From contig CAXXHB010000002.1 of assembly GCA_963664815.2 (NCBI GenBank), positions 192,001 to 256,000 on the forward strand: DNA of 64,000 nt, read 5' to 3'. The notes under the pieces are model-generated. The model was given only the letters and a program-made list of their open reading frames with translations, had not been told where the DNA came from and did not search any database. The DNA is from Spirochaetota bacterium (GTDB taxonomy: Bacteria; Spirochaetota; UBA4802; UBA5550). Shown here piece by piece: positions 57,071 through 64,000 of the stretch. The translations under genes and the position numbers were made by a program. The number at the start of each line of letters is the position of its first letter. Positions within the stretch are counted from its first letter, which is position 1.

Positions 57071-58273
57071 ATGAACGAAGTTGTGGTAGTTGGTGCATGC
57101 AGAACACCAATAGGAAAATTTTTAGGAAGTCTGAAAGATGTAACAGCGAAGGATCTTGCTGTAACTGCGGGAAAGGAAGCGATTAAACGTGCAGGAATAG
57201 ATTCCCAAAGCATTGATGAGATCGTAATGGGACAGGTATATCAGCATATGCAGAATTCTCTACCTGCGAGAATTGTCGGTCTTGCCTGCGGCCTCCCTTT
57301 CAGAAGCTCAGCAATGGTTGTAAATCAGAACTGCTCTTCAGGAATGAGAGCGATGGAGATTGCGGCCAGTAATATTATGCTGGGCAAAACTGAGATTGCT
57401 CTGGTTGTCGGAGTCGAAAGCATGTCTGGTGTTCCTCATATGCTTCCCGGCTCAAGAAGCGGTTTCAGAATGGGGAGTGCAGAGATTGTTGATGCACTTA
57501 CACACGATGCTCTTTTTGATTCACTGGTTCCTGGTCACATGGGTCTCACTGCTGAAAACGTAGCTGTAAAATATGGCATAACGCGTGAAGAGTGCGACAA
57601 ACTTGCCCTTCTCAGCCATCAGAGAGTTGCGAAAGCTGTAGAGTCAGGGGCATTTGAAGAGGAGATCGTCCCTGTTGAAATTAAAACAAAAAAAGGAACC
57701 ACAGTGTTTGCCAAGGATGAGCATTTCATACCTGACGCAAGTGTTGAGTCTATGTCAAAACTTAAACCCGCATTCAAACCTGACGGCGGAGTTGTTACTG
57801 CTGCCAATGCATCAGGTATCAATGACGGAGCTGCTGCTCTTATACTAATGTCAAAAAAGAAAGCAGAAGAGCTTAAACTTAAACCTCTCGGAAAGCTTCT
57901 TAATGTATGCTCATATGGTGTTGAACCGGAAATCATGGGGATAGGACCTGCTGAAGCAATCCCAAAATGCCTGGAAGGAACCGGTATTAAATTTGATGAT
58001 GTTGAATACTGGGAGATAAATGAAGCATTTGCTCCTCAATTTATCGGCTGTCAGAGAAAACTTAAAATTGATCATAATCTTAATCTCGACCTGGATAAAG
58101 TAAATCATTACGGGTCAGGAATTGCCCTTGGACATCCAATCGGCTGTACCGGAGCAAGGATTATTGTTACTTTGCTTTATGAGATGAAGAGGAAAGGTTA
58201 TAAATTCGGAGGGGCATCTCTCTGTGTCGGTACAGGACCCGCGATGGCGTCTCTCTGGACCACTAAAATATAA
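57071..58273 (+). CDS. acetyl-CoA C-acetyltransferase (thiolase)
   Basis: Motifs RTPIG, NQNCSSGM (catalytic Cys), NASGINDGAAA, EINEAFA, GHPIGCTG, SLCVGTG. Confidence 0.95.
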   Translation: MNEVVVVGACRTPIGKFLGSLKDVTAKDLAVTAGKEAIKRAGIDSQSIDEIVMGQVYQHMQNSLPARIVGLACGLPFRSSAMVVNQNCSSGMRAMEIAASNIMLGKTEIALVVGVESMSGVPHMLPGSRSGFRMGSAEIVDALTHDALFDSLVPGHMGLTAENVAVKYGITREECDKLALLSHQRVAKAVESGAFEEEIVPVEIKTKKGTTVFAKDEHFIPDASVESMSKLKPAFKPDGGVVTAANASGINDGAAALILMSKKKAEELKLKPLGKLLNVCSYGVEPEIMGIGPAEAIPKCLEGTGIKFDDVEYWEINEAFAPQFIGCQRKLKIDHNLNLDLDKVNHYGSGIALGHPIGCTGARIIVTLLYEMKRKGYKFGGASLCVGTGPAMASLWTTKI

Positions 58274-58301
58274 TAAAAACTTAAGTTTAAAGGAGACAAA
58301 G

Positions 58302-59498
58302 ATGAATACAGTAGTAAACAATAAGACAGACAATTCAATAAGTTTCAAACTCACAGAAGAGCAGGAAATGATCAGGGAGATGACAGCAGAGTTCGCTGAT
58401 AAAGAGATCAAACCCTTTTGCGGACAATGGGATAAAGACGATCATGTCCCTTTGGATGTTCTTAAAAAAATGCATGAGTTGGGATTAACTAATATCGGTG
58501 TTCCGGCAGAATTCGGCGGACAGGGACTTGACAATCTCACAAGATATACAGTTATTGACGAGCTTGGTCAGAGAGATGCAGGGATAGGAACAACTATAGT
58601 TGCTTCTTCACTCCTTGCAACTGATCCTATTATGGTCGGTGCCAACGATGAGCAGAAAAAATGGTGGTTTGGCCGAATGCTCGATGGAGCGATGTGTGCT
58701 TTCTGCCTTACAGAACCCGGTGCAGGTTCAGATGCTCTCGGTATGAGCATGAAATGTAAAAAAGATGGAAACGATTGGATACTCAACGGAACAAAACAGT
58801 TTATCACAAACGGTGGATTTGCCAAGCAGTTCTCAGTATTTGCAACAACTGACAAAGCTCTGGGAAACAAAGGTATATGTTGTTTCATGGTAGATCGCGA
58901 CTTCCCCGGAGTAAAAATCGGGAATAAAGAGGATAAACTCGGAATAAGAAGTACAAGCACTACAGAAGTTATATTTGAAGATGTAAAGGTTCCCGGGTGG
59001 ATGTGCATAGCCGGCGAAGGACAGGGAACAGCCGTTCTTATGGAAACTCTTGACTATTCAAGAACAGCTATAGCTGCGCTTGCTACAGGAATTTCCACCG
59101 GTGCACTTAATGCAGCTCTTGCATATGCCAATGAAAGAAAACAGTTCGGTAAACCGATATCATCATTTCAGGCTATCTCATTTATGCTGGCCGATATGGC
59201 CACAACAACAGAAGCTTCCAGGCTTTTGTACCAGAAAGCCGCATGGTGCCAGGATAACGGGCTGCCATTTAAAATGCTTTCAAACATGGCAAAAATGTAT
59301 GCAGCAGATATGGCAATGAAAAATACAGTAGACGCTGTACAGATTTTCGGCGGTTACGGATATATTAAAGAATACCCTGCAGAAAAATTCATGAGAGACG
59401 CAAAAATCATGCAGATATTTGAGGGAACTGTACAGGTTCAGAGAATGGTTATAGGAAAATATCTTACCAAAGATGGTAAATATACATACACTGTCTGA
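58302..59498 (+). CDS. acyl-CoA dehydrogenase (butyryl-CoA dehydrogenase-like)
   Basis: AAGGAG precedes ATG 58302. Motifs FCLTEPGAGSD, KLGIRST, RKQFGKPI, QIFGGYGY, QIFEGT. Confidence 0.93.
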   Translation: MNTVVNNKTDNSISFKLTEEQEMIREMTAEFADKEIKPFCGQWDKDDHVPLDVLKKMHELGLTNIGVPAEFGGQGLDNLTRYTVIDELGQRDAGIGTTIVASSLLATDPIMVGANDEQKKWWFGRMLDGAMCAFCLTEPGAGSDALGMSMKCKKDGNDWILNGTKQFITNGGFAKQFSVFATTDKALGNKGICCFMVDRDFPGVKIGNKEDKLGIRSTSTTEVIFEDVKVPGWMCIAGEGQGTAVLMETLDYSRTAIAALATGISTGALNAALAYANERKQFGKPISSFQAISFMLADMATTTEASRLLYQKAAWCQDNGLPFKMLSNMAKMYAADMAMKNTVDAVQIFGGYGYIKEYPAEKFMRDAKIMQIFEGTVQVQRMVIGKYLTKDGKYTYTV

Positions 59499-59522
59499 CA
59501 ATTTTTTAAAACATACATGTTG

Positions 59523-59554
59523 TAAGGAAGCCGCTGATATAAGCGGCTTCCTTA
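59523..59554 (+). terminator. hairpin after the ACAD gene
   Basis: taaggaagccgct-gatata-agcggcttcctta. Confidence 0.7.
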
Positions 59555-59651
59555 TTGCTAATTCAACTGCTTTTTCCGAAGTAATTATTAAAAATCCTGC
59601 CATTAAAAACCATATTTAGTAAAAATATGAGTTAACCATTTAACTGCACTG

Positions 59652-59729
59652 CCACAAAAAAATAATTAATACGACCACAAATCATTAGATACGATGACTA
59701 TTGCATTTGTTCATTAAACCGGTTATTTA
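59652..59729 (+). promoter_or_regulatory. conserved operator/promoter upstream of crotonase (copy 2)
   Basis: Aligns without gaps to 56892-56969 (offset 2760). Confidence 0.75.
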
Positions 59730-59771
59730 ACATATAGTAACAAAATCTTAATATTATTAAGGATTAAAAAT

Positions 59772-60563
59772 ATGAAAACACAAACTGAATTTGAAAACCT
59801 CAAATACCGGAAAGAATCTCATCTGGGAATTCTCACTCTTTCCAGGCCTAAATTTCTTAATGCCTTAAACTCCGCACTGCTCGTTGAACTTGGTCAGGCA
59901 ATCGATATGATTTCGGATGATTCTGAAATTCACGTTCTTATCATTACCGGTGATGGTAAATCCTTTGTGGCCGGGGCAGATATAAATGAAATGAAAAACT
60001 ATAACAGCGAACAGGGGCGCGCATGGGGAGAGCTTGGATCATCTGTTTTTAAAAAAATTGATGAAATGAAAATTCCTACCATTGCAGCTGTTAACGGATT
60101 CGCTCTCGGCGGCGGGTGTGAACTTGCTTTGGCATGTGATATACGAATCGCCAGTGAAAATGCTAAATTCGGGCAGCCTGAAGTAGGTCTTGGAATTACT
60201 CCGGGATATTCAGGATGCGTACGTCTCCCCAGAATCATTGGTCTGGCAAAAGCTAAAGAGCTTATTTATACCGGCGGCACTATCTCTGCCTCTGAAGCCG
60301 AAAAACTCGGTCTTGTTAATATGGTAGTTCCTTTTGAAGAATTATTAAATGCTGCGACAAATATGGCAGAAAAAATTGCATCCAAAGCACAGATTGCTGT
60401 AAGATATTCAAAAATGGCCATTAACAGGGGAATTGAAACAGATATCAATACAGCTATAACATTTGAAAATCAGATCTTTGCTTTATGCTTTTCAACAGAA
60501 GATCAGAAAGAGGGTATGAATGCATTTATTGAAAAGAGAACACCCGGATTTAAGCTGAAATAA
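59772..60563 (+). CDS. crt: short-chain enoyl-CoA hydratase (crotonase)
   Basis: Motifs FVAGADI, GGGCELA, FGQPEVGLGITPG; both catalytic Glu residues present. Confidence 0.9.
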   Translation: MKTQTEFENLKYRKESHLGILTLSRPKFLNALNSALLVELGQAIDMISDDSEIHVLIITGDGKSFVAGADINEMKNYNSEQGRAWGELGSSVFKKIDEMKIPTIAAVNGFALGGGCELALACDIRIASENAKFGQPEVGLGITPGYSGCVRLPRIIGLAKAKELIYTGGTISASEAEKLGLVNMVVPFEELLNAATNMAEKIASKAQIAVRYSKMAINRGIETDINTAITFENQIFALCFSTEDQKEGMNAFIEKRTPGFKLK

Positions 60564-60666
60564 TATCAGTTCATGCATCTCATAAGTGAGAAGCAATGGT
60601 ATCAGGAAATTAAACGACCAAGTTAAAACACAAAAATATCATTGAGGAAGAAAAAGGAGAAAAAAA

Positions 60667-62016
60667 ATGTCAAACATCTGGAGTTCACAATATCATGAAA
60701 AATTAAAATCCGCAGGAGAGGCTGCAAAAATTGTCAAATCCGGCGATGTTGTCTTTATGGGGGAGTTTGTCCAAAATGTTGAAGCCATGGATGCTGCTCT
60801 TGCCGAAAGAAAAAATGAACTTAAAGATATTATTATTGTTACAACTACAAGAGCTAAACCATTAAAATGCGTAGAAGTAGATCCTGCAAGAACCGTCTTC
60901 ACATGGGATGACTGGCACTTTTCAGGATTGGCCAGAAAGCTTTCAGAGCAGCGACTTGTAAATTACATTCCATTTACCTATCACCAGGGCCCGGAAATAA
61001 TTTCTAAGTACAATAAAGTCGATGTTGTATGCATTCAGGTAACACCTATGGATGAAAAAGGATTTTTTAATTTCTCTACTTCCAATTCAATTGGATATGC
61101 ATACTGTCAGAAAGCCGATAAAGTAATTGTTGAAGTTAACACCAGCATCCCTCGATGTCTTGGAGGCGCCTCAGAGGGAATACATATCTCCGAAGTGGAT
61201 ATGATAATCGAAGGAAGCAATTGCCCTCTTATTCAGCTTGCTGCAGCTCCTGTTACTGAAACAGACAAAGGAATAGCAAAATATGTTATGGATCTGATCG
61301 AAGATGGTTCAACCATTCAGCTTGGTATCGGTGGCCTTCCCAATGTCGTTGGTTCGATGATAGCAAAAAGCGATTTAAAGGATATTGGCGTTCATACCGA
61401 AATGCTGGCTGATTCATATGTTGAAATGTACGAAGCAGGAAGAATTAATGGAAAGAAAAAAAATATTGATAAAGGAAAAATGGTTTATACCTTCGCCATG
61501 GGATCAAAAAAACTTTACGATTTTCTTGATAATAATCCAGTCTGTGCATCTTACCCGGTTAACTATACAAATGATCCGAGAATAATCGGTTTAAATGATA
61601 AAGTTGTAGCTATCAACAATGCTCTTGAAGTGGATCTCTTTTCACAGGTTGCTTCCGAATCAAACGGATCAAGACAGATCTCCGGTACAGGTGGACAGCT
61701 TGATTTTATTATGGGCGCTTTTAATTCCAATGGCGGAAAAGGTCTTATATGTATCAGCTCTACATATAAGGATAAGGATGGTAAAATACAATCAAGAATA
61801 GTTCCGACTTTTTCACCAGGTACAATAGTGACCTGCCCCAGATCAATAACTCATTATGTCATCACTGAATTCGGCTGTGCCCAGATGAAAGGGAAATCCA
61901 CATGGCAGCGCGCTGAATCATTAATTGAAATAGCCCATCCTGATTTCAGGGATGAAATGATCAAGCAGGCTGACGAACTGAACATTTGGAGAAGAAGCGC
62001 AAAACTGGCCGGATAA
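60667..62016 (+). CDS. butyryl-CoA:acetate CoA-transferase-like (acetyl-CoA hydrolase/transferase family)
   Basis: Motifs QLGIGGLPN, GVHTEM (catalytic Glu), ISGTGGQLDF, IAHPDFRDE..IWRRS. Confidence 0.88.
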   Translation: MSNIWSSQYHEKLKSAGEAAKIVKSGDVVFMGEFVQNVEAMDAALAERKNELKDIIIVTTTRAKPLKCVEVDPARTVFTWDDWHFSGLARKLSEQRLVNYIPFTYHQGPEIISKYNKVDVVCIQVTPMDEKGFFNFSTSNSIGYAYCQKADKVIVEVNTSIPRCLGGASEGIHISEVDMIIEGSNCPLIQLAAAPVTETDKGIAKYVMDLIEDGSTIQLGIGGLPNVVGSMIAKSDLKDIGVHTEMLADSYVEMYEAGRINGKKKNIDKGKMVYTFAMGSKKLYDFLDNNPVCASYPVNYTNDPRIIGLNDKVVAINNALEVDLFSQVASESNGSRQISGTGGQLDFIMGAFNSNGGKGLICISSTYKDKDGKIQSRIVPTFSPGTIVTCPRSITHYVITEFGCAQMKGKSTWQRAESLIEIAHPDFRDEMIKQADELNIWRRSAKLAG

Positions 62017-62070
62017 AATTTTCAGCCACGTTTTAATATATTTTAAAAAAGATATTTTCTTTCCCGAAAA

Positions 62071-62105
62071 AGCGGGTATCATTTTAATGTAAAATGATAC
62101 CCGCT
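62071..62105. terminator. 16-bp hairpin after the CoA-transferase gene
   Basis: agcgggtatcatttta-atg-taaaatgatacccgct. Confidence 0.65.
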
Positions 62106-62267
62106 ACCCATATTTCTTAATTCACCCTTATTCTTAAAAATAAATAATTCTTGAAAAAAAACCTCATATTCCTGAAAGAATACATTACTAATTAAAAGGA
62201 TTCTCTTCTGTAATTTAAAAAATATCCTGTTAATTATTGTATTTTAAATATTAAAAAAGGTAATTAC

Positions 62268-64000
62268 ATGCATAAAGTCAGTGATTTACGCAGATCTTTC
62301 ATAGATTATTTCAAAGAAAACGGCCACAGGATTGTTCCTTCAAGTTCACTCCTTCCAAAAGATGATCCCACTCTTCTTTTTACCACTGCAGGCATGGTGC
62401 AGTTCAAACCTATGTTTGCCGGTACAGTTGACCTTGAATATACCCGGGCCGCATCAATACAGAAATGCCTGCGTACAAGCGACCTCGAACAGGTAGGACG
62501 AACAAAACGCCATCTTACTCTTTTTGAAATGCTCGGAAATTTCTCCTTTGGAGATTACTTCAAAATAGAAGCCATTGAATTTGCATGGGAATATTCGACA
62601 AATGTTATTGGATTTCCGAAAGACAAACTATGGGCAAGTATATACGAGGATGATAACGAAGCGTATGAAATATGGAATAAAAAAATCGGCATTCCTTCAG
62701 AAAAAATCGTAAGGCTTGGAAAAGCCGACAATTTCTGGGGACCTGCAGGAGAAACAGGAGCGTGCGGCCCATGCTCCGAACTCTATTACGACAGGGGAGA
62801 GCAATTCGGCTGCGGTTCACCTAATTGCAAACCCGGTTGTGAATGCGACAGGTACCTTGAATTCTGGAACCTTGTATTCAATCAGTTCAATCAGGATGAA
62901 AATGGAAATCTTAATCCACTCCCCCGTACAGGTATTGATACGGGAATGGGACTTGAAAGGCTTACAACCCTTGTTCAGGGAGTGGACTCTGTCTTTGAAA
63001 CAGATGAGCTTAAATCACTTATTGAGTTTGTAAGCAGTGCCTCAGGGAAAAAATATGAAGGCAGCAATACACTCCCTATTAAAGTAATTGTTGAACATGC
63101 AAGAACTCTAACCTTCGCTATGTCTGACGGAATATACCCGTCCAATGACGGAAGGGGCTATGTATTGCGACGAATCCTCCGCCGTGCACTGAGATATAGC
63201 AGATTTCTCGGATTGAAAGAACCTTTTGTTTACAAAGTCGTAGACCCCATTGTTAATATAATGGGTGAATTTTACCCGGAAATAATTGGAAGCGCATCCA
63301 ATGTAAAAAGCGTAATCGAATCTGAAGAGAAACGGTTTCTTGAAACTATTGAAAACGGAATGGACCGACTTGACGAGATAGTAAAGTCAGTAAAAAAAAG
63401 CGGCTATAAAGCTATTTCCGGAAATGATGCCTTTGTTCTATATGATACTTTCGGGTTCCCTCTTGAAATGACAACAGAAATGGCCATTGAACAGGGGCTT
63501 ACTGTTGACACAGAAGGCTTTACAGCCGAAATGTCCAGACAGCGGGAACGTGGCAAGCAGAGCTGGAAAGGAAATGATATCGGACTTGATGCGGTATACG
63601 ACGAGATAATTTCCAGTTGTGGGAACAGTGAATTCCTCGGGTATGAGTCTGAAAAAGCCGAAGGTAAAATACTCTCCCTTTACAGGAATACCTCGAAAGT
63701 TGACACTTTGACTAAAGGAGATAATGGACTTATCGTGCTTGATCGGACACCGTTCTACGGCGAATCCGGAGGACAGGTTGGGGACAAGGGTGAGATAATC
63801 TGCGGCAATGCAGTATTTACTGTTGAGGACACAAAAAAACATAATAAAACAATAATACATACAGGAACCGTTGTTTCAGGGACATTCAAAACCGGAGATG
63901 CAGCAGAGGCCAGTATAGATGTAGTTAACAGAAATCTGATCCGAGCCAATCACACAGCAACGCACCTTCTGCAGGCTGCACTGAGACGTACACTCGGCAA
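62268..64000 (+). CDS. alaS: alanine--tRNA ligase, 3'-truncated by the window edge (absent from the ORF track)
   Basis: Translation from ATG 62268 gives MHKVSDLRRSFIDYFKENGH..DDPTLLFTTAGMVQFKP, RHLTLFEMLGNFSFGDYFK, IDTGMGLER, GRGYVLRRILRRA, LYDTFGFP, NHTATHLL. Confidence 0.97.
   Translation, partial: MHKVSDLRRSFIDYFKENGHRIVPSSSLLPKDDPTLLFTTAGMVQFKPMFAGTVDLEYTRAASIQKCLRTSDLEQVGRTKRHLTLFEMLGNFSFGDYFKIEAIEFAWEYSTNVIGFPKDKLWASIYEDDNEAYEIWNKKIGIPSEKIVRLGKADNFWGPAGETGACGPCSELYYDRGEQFGCGSPNCKPGCECDRYLEFWNLVFNQFNQDENGNLNPLPRTGIDTGMGLERLTTLVQGVDSVFETDELKSLIEFVSSASGKKYEGSNTLPIKVIVEHARTLTFAMSDGIYPSNDGRGYVLRRILRRALRYSRFLGLKEPFVYKVVDPIVNIMGEFYPEIIGSASNVKSVIESEEKRFLETIENGMDRLDEIVKSVKKSGYKAISGNDAFVLYDTFGFPLEMTTEMAIEQGLTVDTEGFTAEMSRQRERGKQSWKGNDIGLDAVYDEIISSCGNSEFLGYESEKAEGKILSLYRNTSKVDTLTKGDNGLIVLDRTPFYGESGGQVGDKGEIICGNAVFTVEDTKKHNKTIIHTGTVVSGTFKTGDAAEASIDVVNRNLIRANHTATHLLQAALRRTLG

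Noticed and set aside
58224-58301. N-terminal extension of the ACAD overlapping the thiolase
   Set aside because: A strong AAGGAG RBS supports ATG 58302, so the extension is an ORF-caller artefact.
62017-62267. T-box leader upstream of alaS
   Set aside because: No T-box consensus is visible. The single hairpin is better explained as the upstream gene's terminator.

Overview
AT-rich bacterial chromosomal window with about 42 CDS, one tmRNA (ssrA, minus strand, tag ANDNFALAA) and no recognisable integrase, transposase, CRISPR array or prophage. The gene types (7TM-DISM sensors, SpoIIE/SH3/vWA exported proteins) are consistent with an anaerobic spirochete-like organism, which is inference only. 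Housekeeping genes: purM, rnhA, recQ, cobO, partial alaS. Acyl-CoA metabolism is extensive: a sigma54-controlled fixABCX-ACAD-crotonase-SDR operon, plus a thiolase/ACAD/crotonase/CoA-transferase cluster whose two promoters share an identical 29-bp operator, and a distant hbd. The best candidates for undescribed biology are: (1) a tRNA-guanine transglycosylase fused to an MnmC-type aminomethyl N-methyltransferase, next to a B12 radical SAM gene, possibly making a methylated preQ1 wobble base; (2) an orphan phage-tail-fibre-like protein with two discoidin domains, 16 x 32-aa repeats and a structured 5' leader; (3) the Fix operon with non-canonical active sites; (4) a degenerate flagellin-like orphan. 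All family calls come from motif recognition by eye; no searches were run.
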